The notes under the pieces: generated by a model | Told to the model about the DNA's origin: nothing | Databases searched by the model: none | What the model saw: only the letters and a program-made list of their open reading frames with translations | Position numbers and translations under genes: made by a program | DNA from: an archaeon | GTDB taxonomy: Archaea > Nanobdellota > Nanobdellia > Woesearchaeales > UBA9642 | NCBI GenBank assembly: GCA_043806035.1 | Contig: JAZDHK010000023.1 | Span: 21,877 to 85,876, forward strand | Direction: 5' to 3' | Length of the DNA stretch: 64,000 nt | Part shown: positions 27,927 through 36,485 of the stretch, piece by piece | Layout: every line of letters begins with the position of its first letter | Numbering within the stretch: position 1 is the stretch's first letter

Positions 27927-28461
27927 ACACCAGAAAAGCATGCTTGACCTTGCACGAAGAGCAATCATGGCCTATCCGAATAATGAACAGTTGAGGCTGC
28001 TCTATCAGGAACGGCACGATTTCGGCAGAGGTGGCGTGTTCGTGAGTGTCTACGTCGACAACGACTTGCGCGGATGCATCGGCAATCTCGAGCCTCTATC
28101 GTTGCAGGAAGGCATCATAGAAAACGCTATTCACGCAGCATACCACGACACAAGATTTTCACCCATAACAAAAAAAGAATTGCCCAGCATGAATGTGCAC
28201 ATCAATCTGCTCACCGAGCCAAAACCATACGCGTACAAGACGACGAAAGAGCTCCTGGAACGGATCAAGGGGGAAGGCGTCATCATCGAACGTAGAGGCA
28301 GGCGAGCGACCTTCCTGCCGAGTGTCTGGGAACAACTCCCTCTTTCTGAAGAATTCTTGAGTCATTTGTGCATGAAAGCAGGGCTGCCTGCACAGGATTG
28401 GAAGGAAAAAGGGTTGAGCGTCATGCTCTACCAGAGCGAGGAGTTCAGCGAACGTCCTTGA
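27904..28461 (+). CDS. amrA: AMMECR1 domain protein (AmmeMemoRadiSam system protein A)
   Basis: The LRGCIG signature is present. Confidence 0.85.
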   Translation: MPASHSREHQKSMLDLARRAIMAYPNNEQLRLLYQERHDFGRGGVFVSVYVDNDLRGCIGNLEPLSLQEGIIENAIHAAYHDTRFSPITKKELPSMNVHINLLTEPKPYAYKTTKELLERIKGEGVIIERRGRRATFLPSVWEQLPLSEEFLSHLCMKAGLPAQDWKEKGLSVMLYQSEEFSERP

Positions 28462-29137
28462 CTATTCGTTCCAACAAAGTTCGTCCTTGCTCGCCTAAGG
28501 GAATTTTCACTCGTCGCTCGTCATAGGGCACTTCTTGCTCTGTGAAAGGAAAGGTGAGCGGAATCTTCCATCGCTGCTGGTATTTCTTGTTCACATGCAT
28601 GCCTATCTGGAATGCCAGAAGATCTGCATAGTTGATGAGGGGAATGCTCTTGTCCCCGCCCGCATGCAGTTCGATGTTCTGCAGAGGAATCTTGAAGTTC
28701 AGGGCGTGCAAGTATTCTTTGATGAGCTGCTTGCTCACATATTCCTTGAGATAGAACATGTCGATGAACAGCACGGTCTTTTGTGAGTCATAGCCATTGA
28801 CGGTGACGAGATGTGCTATCGCTGCATGCTCGATGAGCTGTCTGCTGAACCTTCCTTCATTGGCACGCATCCAATGATACGTTTGCAATCCTTTCATCTC
28901 ATCGGGCCGAGGGAGCCGCGGAGCAGTCTCCAAAGAGCTGCCTGCACTCATGTGTGCATAAAATTCGGTAAGATGATCCCGCGCTTTTGGCAAGGCAGCA
29001 TATCCCTTGCTTTTTGTCAGTGTCTTGTCTTCAGTCACTGCAGCGACGACAGTGAGACTGTTCGTTCCGCTTCTGAGCGTGCTCTCATCTATGCCGATGT
29101 ACGTAAACGTCATGATTTCACGAGCTGGCTGAGGCAA
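28445..29137 (-). CDS. hypothetical protein (N-terminal IGIDES motif)
   Basis: The 230-aa ORF overlaps the upstream nuclease-like gene by 28 nt. Confidence 0.3.
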   Translation of the reverse strand: MPQPAREIMTFTYIGIDESTLRSGTNSLTVVAAVTEDKTLTKSKGYAALPKARDHLTEFYAHMSAGSSLETAPRLPRPDEMKGLQTYHWMRANEGRFSRQLIEHAAIAHLVTVNGYDSQKTVLFIDMFYLKEYVSKQLIKEYLHALNFKIPLQNIELHAGGDKSIPLINYADLLAFQIGMHVNKKYQQRWKIPLTFPFTEQEVPYDERRVKIPLGEQGRTLLERIVKDVR

Positions 29138-29481
29138 TACTGTCCGTACTGTTCTGTTCCCGGTGTGGACTTGTAATGCACGATCTTGAGACTGTCTGGC
29201 GTGCCGGTAACGTAGAATGCATGCACTTCATCATACGTATTGTGCAAGTATTTGATTGCTTTGTTGAGCTGCTCTTTTGCCTTCCATCGTTTATGATTGC
29301 TGCATTTCACTTCAAATACTAACGCTTTCCGTTCTGTGGTGCCGAGAAGGTCCATCTCTCCAGAAAGAGATGTCGTATTCGGAGGGTAGTTGAGCTTGTT
29401 GAGGATGCTTGTGCACAATCCCGATTGCTCAAGCAGCTGCTCGAGGCTGCTGACGAGGAGATCGTGCATGAACGTGTACAA
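29110..29481 (-). CDS. PD-(D/E)xK nuclease-fold protein resembling Holliday junction resolvase Hjc
   Basis: The pattern E14..D45..E57-V-K59 (GEMDLLG...ALVFEVKCS) has Hjc-like spacing, and the product is 123 aa. Confidence 0.4.
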   Translation of the reverse strand: MYTFMHDLLVSSLEQLLEQSGLCTSILNKLNYPPNTTSLSGEMDLLGTTERKALVFEVKCSNHKRWKAKEQLNKAIKYLHNTYDEVHAFYVTGTPDSLKIVHYKSTPGTEQYGQYCLSQLVKS

Positions 29482-29515
29482 TGTGCTTTCTCTTTATAAT
29501 TGTTGCGCTGCGTTG

Positions 29516-29638
29516 GGCCTTGTTGAACGTCTTCAGTCCACGCTCCGTACCGCAAGGAAAACAGCTGCGCGCCTCGAGGGCAATCGCAATAGCCGTCTGC
29601 TCGAATGACTGCGCTAGGTGGACTTTTTCAACAAGGCC
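29516..29638 (-). mobile_element. MITE-like element copy B (reverse orientation), flanked by 9-bp direct repeat GCTGCGTTG
   Basis: The TIRs and conserved flanks are identical to copy A, while the 23-nt core is different (GCGCGCAGCTGTTTTCCTTGCGG). Confidence 0.75.
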
Positions 29639-29691
29639 GCTGCGTTGTGAATCCGCAAGCTTTTTAAACAAATCGTCAGTTCTTTCGCTTC

Positions 29692-29862
29692 ATGGTAACC
29701 ATAAAATGCAGCTCAAGCCACGTCCCTATAACAAATGATTCAGGCAGTGCACGATTCCCCTGCCCCAACTGCGGAAAAACAGAGATCATACGCAGCCGAA
29801 GAGCGCGGGAAGTGGTCATGAAGTACACCTGTCCTGAGTGCGGCTTCGAAGGACCAAACTAG
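29692..29862 (+). CDS. small zinc-ribbon protein (COG2888-like, usually linked to aEF-1beta)
   Basis: The 56-aa product is MGTIK...CPNCGKTEIIRSRRAREVVMKYTCPECGFEGPN. It lies directly upstream of aEF-1beta, and it falls below the ORF-track length cutoff. Confidence 0.45.
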   Translation: MVTIKCSSSHVPITNDSGSARFPCPNCGKTEIIRSRRAREVVMKYTCPECGFEGPN

Positions 29863-29877
29863 AATCTCGGTGAATGT

Positions 29878-30156
29878 ATGGCAAAGGTTATTATCACACT
29901 CAAAATCATGCCAGCAAGTCCAGACACTGATCTGGACAAGCTCGAGCATGAAGTGAAAAAGCACATCGAGCACTTTGCCGGTGAAGGTGATATGAAAGTT
30001 GAGATCAATCCCATCGCCTTCGGCTTGAAAGAGCTCAGGATACTCTTCGTCGCTGACGAATCCAAAGGCGGCACGGACTCCTTGGAAGAGGAAATCGGCA
30101 AATTAGAAGATGTCAATTCTGTCGAAGTCGTCGATGTCAGACGGGCAATAGGCTAA
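29878..30156 (+). CDS. translation elongation factor aEF-1 beta
   Basis: The product is 92 aa and contains IKIMP...PIAFGLKEL...SVEVVDVRR. Confidence 0.85.
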   Translation: MAKVIITLKIMPASPDTDLDKLEHEVKKHIEHFAGEGDMKVEINPIAFGLKELRILFVADESKGGTDSLEEEIGKLEDVNSVEVVDVRRAIG

Positions 30157-30166
30157 TGCGTTGGGA

Positions 30167-30541
30167 TTATTCTGCGTCTGTATCAACACCGTCACGGCCA
30201 ACGATAACTTCAAACTTTGAAGAAGGTGGACGGGCTGCACTTTCAGTAAGTAGGCTGAGTTCTTTGTGTCCTTGCGGGTCGTTCTCGGCAAGCACGTGTT
30301 CTATTCCTTGTCGTAGCTTTCCATAAAATTCGTGAACGGTCAATTTGTCCGTGTCGGTAATCTTGAATGAGCCCAAGTTCATAACATGTTCGACAGGGAA
30401 GCTGTGTCCGTGATCGAGACTTTTGTACACGGTAATCCAATTCTCGTTATGATGGTGTGGTCTATAATGATTAGACGCGCCAAAGCAAGATATCTGAATA
30501 TAGTATCCGCTGGGAATTCGAATGTCTTCTATGGCCACCAT
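30167..30541 (-). CDS. hypothetical protein
   Basis: The product is 124 aa and His-rich. Confidence 0.3.
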   Translation of the reverse strand: MVAIEDIRIPSGYYIQISCFGASNHYRPHHHNENWITVYKSLDHGHSFPVEHVMNLGSFKITDTDKLTVHEFYGKLRQGIEHVLAENDPQGHKELSLLTESAARPPSSKFEVIVGRDGVDTDAE

Positions 30542-30615
30542 TGATGAGGAGAAACACTCTACCTATTTATGTGTTGTGGTGTACGAAAATGCAGTGCGGC
30601 ATTTCTGCTGTTTAG

Positions 30616-31308
30616 CTATCGACGGAGCATGCTAATAAGCTCTTTTGCTTTTTCTCTCGGGTTTTCTGCTTGCGTAATCGTCCTCCCCACGAACGCATGC
30701 CAGTGAGGAAATGCCTGTGCGTAGGCATGGATTTCTCCGCCCTGCACGCCCAGGCCTGGACTGTACAAGACAGGAGAGTACTCAGTCAGGAGTTCAGCAT
30801 ATGCAACTGCCCGCACCAGTTTCGTTCCAGGAATGACAAAATCCCGAACACCAAGTTTTGCCGCAAGAGAGAATATCTCTTCAGGTGCGGAATCCTTGAT
30901 GTAGCCACCCTGGCTGATAAAATATTTCTGTGCAGTCATGTCCCCACCGACTAAGAGGTGGATGTGTCGTTCCTGAGCTGCCTTCACCCATGCCTCAAGT
31001 GTCACCGGTCCGGACAGAGGGAAAAGAATGACGGCATCGACGCCAAGGATGGAATCCATGAACGGCTCCGCCTGGAACGGTGTGTCCGTCCCTCCTTTTT
31101 GGTGATCGTAGATGATGGGCAGTGCTGTTCTTTCACGAATTTTTGGCAAGAGGCGTTCCATGCCATACCTATTGTTCAGTACAGCACCTACCTTGTAACC
31201 GCCTATGCCGTGCAGATCGGTTGTTTGCTCGATGCAGCGCAGTGCTTCCTCTTCTGTTCGCTGGTCGAGCGCGGGAATGATGCTTTGCCTATAGTGTATG
31301 AGTGTCAT
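30616..31308 (-). CDS. pyrF: orotidine 5'-phosphate decarboxylase
   Basis: The blocks IIPALD, KVG, IIYDHQKGGTD, LLVGGDMT, YSPGLGVQGGE and FVGRTI are collinear with archaeal PyrF. Confidence 0.7.
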   Translation of the reverse strand: MTLIHYRQSIIPALDQRTEEEALRCIEQTTDLHGIGGYKVGAVLNNRYGMERLLPKIRERTALPIIYDHQKGGTDTPFQAEPFMDSILGVDAVILFPLSGPVTLEAWVKAAQERHIHLLVGGDMTAQKYFISQGGYIKDSAPEEIFSLAAKLGVRDFVIPGTKLVRAVAYAELLTEYSPVLYSPGLGVQGGEIHAYAQAFPHWHAFVGRTITQAENPREKAKELISMLRR

Positions 31309-32446
31309 GGATATGCCTCACGAATTCTGCAGGGCTCTTTTTTGTCTTAACTGCACTGTTCGAGAAGTGCGTCCGCAAAATGTCGGAATTGAAGAGCACG
31401 TCCATCCTTGGCAGTTTCGGGATGAGCTTTTTTTCTGCAAGAACGTGCGTCTCGTAGAATCCGACGATATCTGTACAGTCTCCCTCCATGCTGGCCAAGA
31501 ATTTCTTGAGCGCAGCATACTCAGTATTCGCCAGCATGTTCTTCACAAGGTTCTCATTGGAAAGAAAACCAGTCCACAATGGTCCAGCAATGATGTATGC
31601 TTTGCCGCAGCGGCAGGTTTCGTTGTTGCTCTTGCTCGTCTTCATGCTGAGACAGGAACTACAATAGAGGAAATGCTGGTGTTGTTTCAGAACCGTATCC
31701 ACTTTCGTGTTGCCTTTCTCGCACTGGAGGAAGACGCGAAAATAATGGTCGGAAAAATAGCTGAAGACAGGTGTTAAGGCTTTCTCGTGATGCGCGCCCA
31801 GGAGTTGTATTTTCCTGATGAGCATTCTCAAGCCGAGTTCATGCCGTAGTTCATTGTTGAGCGGCTCTGCCCAGTATTTCCTTCGTCCTGTGTTGAGCCG
31901 CGCTCCGCATAGTGCTGCCGTGTCCGTTGCCGTCACTGCCAGTATTCCTTTTCGTGCGAGCCTGACGATGGCATTGTCCAAGAACGGATTGGGGCTGCCG
32001 TACGGATCGATGTCAATGTAATCAAAGCCGTTGGATTCGAGCAGGGCGAGATTAGCGTCCCTTTCCTGGACGACGATTCTGTCATCATTTTCAAACCCGT
32101 TCTGGCGCAGCGTCTCTCGCATGCGTTCTGCAAAACCTGGAGAAAGATCATTCGCGACGATGCGCCTGATGATGCTGGGCGAGAGTTCTTTGAGAAAACG
32201 AACAGTTCTCACTCCGGACGCTGCCATGAGGTCCATCATCGACATGTTTTTCTTGCCGAGACTGTTGAGCAGCACGACAGAGAGATCCCTGTTCTTCTTC
32301 ATGACGGGGTTGTAGAATGATATGTTTTTTGTTGGGATTGATTGCTGCACTATTTTTACTTGTGCCGTGTTCTCTTCGATGACATGCAGGTGTTCTTTTT
32401 TCATGGAGTGGAGTGTATGTGCTTGTTTTATATGCGTTGTGGGCAC
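31289..32446 (-). CDS. trm1: tRNA (guanine26-N2)-dimethyltransferase
   Basis: The motif DIDPYGSP is present, along with a C-terminal Cys cluster. Confidence 0.85.
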   Translation of the reverse strand: MPTTHIKQAHTLHSMKKEHLHVIEENTAQVKIVQQSIPTKNISFYNPVMKKNRDLSVVLLNSLGKKNMSMMDLMAASGVRTVRFLKELSPSIIRRIVANDLSPGFAERMRETLRQNGFENDDRIVVQERDANLALLESNGFDYIDIDPYGSPNPFLDNAIVRLARKGILAVTATDTAALCGARLNTGRRKYWAEPLNNELRHELGLRMLIRKIQLLGAHHEKALTPVFSYFSDHYFRVFLQCEKGNTKVDTVLKQHQHFLYCSSCLSMKTSKSNNETCRCGKAYIIAGPLWTGFLSNENLVKNMLANTEYAALKKFLASMEGDCTDIVGFYETHVLAEKKLIPKLPRMDVLFNSDILRTHFSNSAVKTKKSPAEFVRHIHDTHTL

Positions 32447-32534
32447 AGTCGAGAACGCACTTGTTTATTGATACTACTATTTAGTGGTTAAAATGGAAAG
32501 GTTTAAATAGTAGTAAATCTTACTACTTCTTACG

Positions 32535-32699
32535 ATGAAGATAAAAATGTCCATTTCAGTCGAGGAAAGCACGCTTGAGCAAGTAGAGCACATCGTGCAG
32601 AACAATCGATTCAGGAATAAGAGCCATTTCATCGAAATGGCAATCCAAACATATCTTAAGAAAGGGGGTGATGAACGTGTTCCGGAAAAAACAGACTGA
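32535..32699 (+). CDS. ribbon-helix-helix (CopG/Arc-like) DNA-binding protein
   Basis: The 54-aa product is MKIKMSISVEESTLEQVEHIVQNNRFRNKSHFIEMAIQTYLKK. It overlaps the start of the next ORF and falls below the ORF-track cutoff. Confidence 0.5.
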   Translation: MKIKMSISVEESTLEQVEHIVQNNRFRNKSHFIEMAIQTYLKKGGDERVPEKTD

Positions 32700-34245
32700 C
32701 TCGAAAAGACATGTTGAAACATCCCTGACCTTAGATTATCGATCGGCTGTGTGGGGTATTGAACGTATCGTCCTCGACACCATTGCAAATCATCTTCCTG
32801 CTGACAGCAAAGGCACAAAAGCCGCGGTGAAGATAAAACAGCAAGGAACCTATAGAGATATTTCTCAGTCAGATTTTTCTCAGCCAGCCGAGGAAGTCGT
32901 CTTTGAGGATGACGGCCAAGGCTATGACTCTGGTTTATTGACTGTGCTGCAGTCAACGAAAATGAATGAACTGTGTAGCGTTGGCCAGTTTGGAGAGGGA
33001 CTGAAAATGGTGGCAGCAGCTGCGCTCCGTAACAATCTCGACTTAGAATACCGTTCAAGAGATTGGTCTGCACGACCATTCATTAAAGAAGAAACTATCG
33101 CGGGAACAAGGGTCAAGCGGCTCTGTTTCTCTATTGATAAACGACCCGCCATGCAAGGATCACAGACCATCATACGCAAACCTTCCCCTGAATTGATGAC
33201 TGAACTCTCAGTGCTAGAAAGGAAGGCACTGCCTTTTGCAGAATATAAAACACTCTACACAGAGCCAAAAGGAGGAAAAACCTACCCTGCTCGCATTCTT
33301 GAGCTGGCAAAACCTGCTCTTTTCGTGAAAGGAATCCGCATACAAGATAGGCACAGTATTTTCAGTTATGATCTTGGCATCGAAGACATCACTCCAGATA
33401 GATATTTCACTAAAATGGATACCTTGCTTGATGAGATACAGCGTCTTCTGAACGCAACTGACAATCCTGAAGTGATAGAGCGTGTCTTGGCGAAAGCGGA
33501 AGATGAGCCATATGGGGGGTATGATGAATTCCGTGCATTTGAGAGTAGAGAACAAGAAAGGTCAGGTTATTTTTGTGGAATGTTTCTTGATACTATTGAC
33601 CCCATTGTGTTACTTAAATCAGTCGGGATGAAAAAAACGTTGTTCAATGCATTGAGTGCATACATCAAAGAACCAATACAGACTGAGTCTGTATGGAAGA
33701 GGTCATTCACTAAACTGTTCGGCGATAACGCAATCCTGGCATCTGATTGTGATGTGACCAACAAGGATGCTGTCGCATTAGGATATATTCCTGTCAAGTT
33801 GCACAGAGGCATTGCGCACAAGCTTATCAAAGAAGATGTCCAGAGCGCTGACCAGCTTGAGATCACGAAAGACTATAAGTGGATAAGCAAGGATGATCTG
33901 ACTCCTGAAGAGCGAACAATCTATGATTGTGCAAATGAAATTCAACAAGTTGTGCTTGAGCAACCGGTTCCTGTCGATCTTCGCGTGTATTCAGGCGTTT
34001 ACGCCAACACTGGCAGAGAACTCGAATCCAACACGGGCATCTATATGCCTGCAAAACCACGGGACATCATAGGCATTAAGCGCTCCCAGCTTACCGATCT
34101 CGTGAGTTTTGCAGATACGTATCTTCACGAACTCGGACACAAAGTGACTGGCGAGGGAGACTACAGTAGAAGACACACTGCTTTCTTCACCCGCGCTCTT
34201 GCAAAACTCGTTTCTGCTCAACTGGGCAAGCATGCCAATCTTTAA
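32668..34245 (+). CDS. GHKL (HSP90/MORC-type) ATPase domain protein with C-terminal HExxH (ImmA/IrrE-like HELGH) metallopeptidase motif
   Basis: The N-box LDTIANHLPAD, G1 box DDGQGYD and G2 box GQFGEGLK are present, followed by about 300 aa of unknown sequence and a C-terminal YLHELGHKV...RRH. Confidence 0.5.
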   Translation: MMNVFRKKQTDSKRHVETSLTLDYRSAVWGIERIVLDTIANHLPADSKGTKAAVKIKQQGTYRDISQSDFSQPAEEVVFEDDGQGYDSGLLTVLQSTKMNELCSVGQFGEGLKMVAAAALRNNLDLEYRSRDWSARPFIKEETIAGTRVKRLCFSIDKRPAMQGSQTIIRKPSPELMTELSVLERKALPFAEYKTLYTEPKGGKTYPARILELAKPALFVKGIRIQDRHSIFSYDLGIEDITPDRYFTKMDTLLDEIQRLLNATDNPEVIERVLAKAEDEPYGGYDEFRAFESREQERSGYFCGMFLDTIDPIVLLKSVGMKKTLFNALSAYIKEPIQTESVWKRSFTKLFGDNAILASDCDVTNKDAVALGYIPVKLHRGIAHKLIKEDVQSADQLEITKDYKWISKDDLTPEERTIYDCANEIQQVVLEQPVPVDLRVYSGVYANTGRELESNTGIYMPAKPRDIIGIKRSQLTDLVSFADTYLHELGHKVTGEGDYSRRHTAFFTRALAKLVSAQLGKHANL

Positions 34246-34269
34246 AAACTAGCAGATGTCTCTTCACAC

Positions 34270-36027
34270 ATGGTCGACGCAGCATGCTTTCGTAGCCCTA
34301 TCGTCTCTGTGCTTGGTCATGTTGATCATGGCAAGTCCAGTGTCCTTGATGCTATCCGCGGGACGAATATCGTCAAGACGGAAGCAGGACAAATCACGCA
34401 GGCGATAGGCGCAAGCATTATCCCGCTTGACGTCATCATGAAACGCTGCAGCAAGCTCCTCAAAGACAAGCCGTCCTTCTCCATTCCTGGATTGCTGTTC
34501 ATCGACACGCCAGGCCACGCGGCATTCATGGGCATGCGCAAGCGTGGAGGCAACCTTGCTGATATCGCCATTCTCATCGTCGACATCAATGAAGGGTTCA
34601 AGCCGCAGACGATTGAAAGCATAAAGATACTGCGTTCCCAGAAGACTCCCTTCGTCGTTGCCCTCAACAAGATGGACCTCATCGCCAATTATCGAAAGCA
34701 AGCAGACCTGCTCATGGATGATATTCAGCAGCAGCGAGCGGACGTACAGCAAACGCTGGACAATAAGCTCTACACGATCGTGGGACAGTTCTATGAACAG
34801 TTCGAGCTGCAAGCAGAACGGTATGATCGGTGTGATTTCACCAAACAAGTTGCCCTCGTCCCGTGCAGCGCAAAGCAGGACATAGGCATTGCAGAATTGC
34901 TCATGGTGCTTATAGGACTAACGCAGAAATACTTGCAAGAGTCTCTCGCCTTCTCCGCACAAGGCCCCGCCAAGGGCAGTGTCATGGAAGTCAAGGAATC
35001 CCCCGGATTGGGCACGTGCATGAACGTCATACTTTACGATGGCAGCCTCGCCGTCAACGACACCATTGTCATAGGCGGGATAGACAAGCCGACCGTGACA
35101 AAAGTCAGGGCATTGTTCGAGCCCTACCCGCTGCACGAGATGCGGGACAAGAAGAGCAAGTACAAGTCCGTCGAGCATGTCTGTGCAGCTACGGGCGTGC
35201 GCATTGCCGCCGCCCAGGATGTCGATGCCGTCATTGCGGGCATGCCCCTCATGAGCTGCGAAGACACGCCTGAAGCGATAGCTGAGGCAGAGCAGCAACT
35301 GCAAGAGACGTTCGAGGAACTGCCATTGGAGAAAGAGGGCATCATCATCAAGGCGGACACGCTCGGCAGCCTCGAAGCGCTCGCTGTCCTCTTGAAAGAA
35401 AATGCCATTCCCGTACGGGCAGCAACTATCGGTGCTGTTTCCAAAAAAGACATCGCTGACGCAGAATCAGAACAAGAACCAACGTTCAGGGTCATTCTCG
35501 GCTTCAATGTCAAGGACGAGTCAGGCCTGCAGAGCGTCAAGGTCATCACGAACGATGTCATCTACCGGCTTATCGATGATGTCGAGCAGTGGCAGCAGTC
35601 AGTCAAGGAGAAGGAAGAGGAACGTGCACTCGACTTGATGACCAGACCCTGCAAGCTGGAGGTGCTGCAGAACTGCATCTTCCGCCAGAGCAATCCTGCC
35701 GTCGTCGGTGTGGAGGTGCTCGTTGGCGTTCTGCAGAAAGGCATGCCACTTATGAAGAACGGCCAGCGTCTTTGCATCGTAAAGAGCATGCAGAAAGAAA
35801 AAGAGAATATAGACCGGGCGGAGAAGAAAGACCAAATTGCCATTTCTCTGCCGGACGTGGTGTGCGGCAGGCACCTCTTCGAAGGCGACGTTTTGTACAG
35901 TGACATTCCTGAAGAGCAATTCCGAGAACTCAAAAAATTCAAGAAACATCTAGCGAGAGATGAACTCGATCTTATGAAGGAGATTGCGGAATTTCATAGA
36001 AAAGACAATCCTGTCTGGGGGATATGA
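34270..36027 (+). CDS. infB: translation initiation factor aIF5B (IF2)
   Basis: The G domain VSVLGHVDHGKSS, DTPGH and NKMD are present, and the archaeal length is 585 aa. Confidence 0.95.
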   Translation: MVDAACFRSPIVSVLGHVDHGKSSVLDAIRGTNIVKTEAGQITQAIGASIIPLDVIMKRCSKLLKDKPSFSIPGLLFIDTPGHAAFMGMRKRGGNLADIAILIVDINEGFKPQTIESIKILRSQKTPFVVALNKMDLIANYRKQADLLMDDIQQQRADVQQTLDNKLYTIVGQFYEQFELQAERYDRCDFTKQVALVPCSAKQDIGIAELLMVLIGLTQKYLQESLAFSAQGPAKGSVMEVKESPGLGTCMNVILYDGSLAVNDTIVIGGIDKPTVTKVRALFEPYPLHEMRDKKSKYKSVEHVCAATGVRIAAAQDVDAVIAGMPLMSCEDTPEAIAEAEQQLQETFEELPLEKEGIIIKADTLGSLEALAVLLKENAIPVRAATIGAVSKKDIADAESEQEPTFRVILGFNVKDESGLQSVKVITNDVIYRLIDDVEQWQQSVKEKEEERALDLMTRPCKLEVLQNCIFRQSNPAVVGVEVLVGVLQKGMPLMKNGQRLCIVKSMQKEKENIDRAEKKDQIAISLPDVVCGRHLFEGDVLYSDIPEEQFRELKKFKKHLARDELDLMKEIAEFHRKDNPVWGI

Positions 36028-36485
36028 TGCTGGCACTCAAGCCAATGAACAGCAAAGATGTCAAGCACGTCAAGCAGCTGCTCAAAGAACAGTTCGGCAT
36101 AGCTGCACTTCCCGACGGCTTCTTTTTTATCAACAAGGAGCACAAGCTCTACTTTATCAACAGGGACGTTGACCGTGTTGATTTTGAGCAGCTCAGGATA
36201 GACACGCTTGGCATGTATTTTGGCGAGCTCGAGGAGGATGGCATCAGGCTCAGTATGGATGCCTGCCAGCTGCTCGGCCAAAACGCAAGCAAGAATGTTC
36301 TTTTACTTACTGCTGGGCAGCTTGAGCACTGGGTGAAAGGAGAGACGATGAACTGGGCATCAGACACAAGAGGATTCGTGCTTGTTCGTTATGGGAATGA
36401 TTTTCTCGGCTGTGGAAAGTTGGGCAAGGATAAACTCTACAATTATGTCTCAAAATCACGAAAGCTTAAAGTGCTCAATGCCTGA
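36024..36485 (+). CDS. NIP7/PUA-like RNA-binding protein (ribosome biogenesis)
   Basis: The product is 153 aa with a C-terminal PUA-like segment GFVLVRYGNDFLGCGK. It overlaps infB by 4 nt. Confidence 0.4.
   Translation: MMLALKPMNSKDVKHVKQLLKEQFGIAALPDGFFFINKEHKLYFINRDVDRVDFEQLRIDTLGMYFGELEEDGIRLSMDACQLLGQNASKNVLLLTAGQLEHWVKGETMNWASDTRGFVLVRYGNDFLGCGKLGKDKLYNYVSKSRKLKVLNA

Noticed and set aside
29516-29638. C/D-box sRNA or riboswitch interpretation of the repeated element
   Set aside because: No canonical C (RUGAUGA) and D (CUGA) box pair in the proper arrangement is present. The leader location is shared by two unrelated genes and is explained by intergenic insertion preference.
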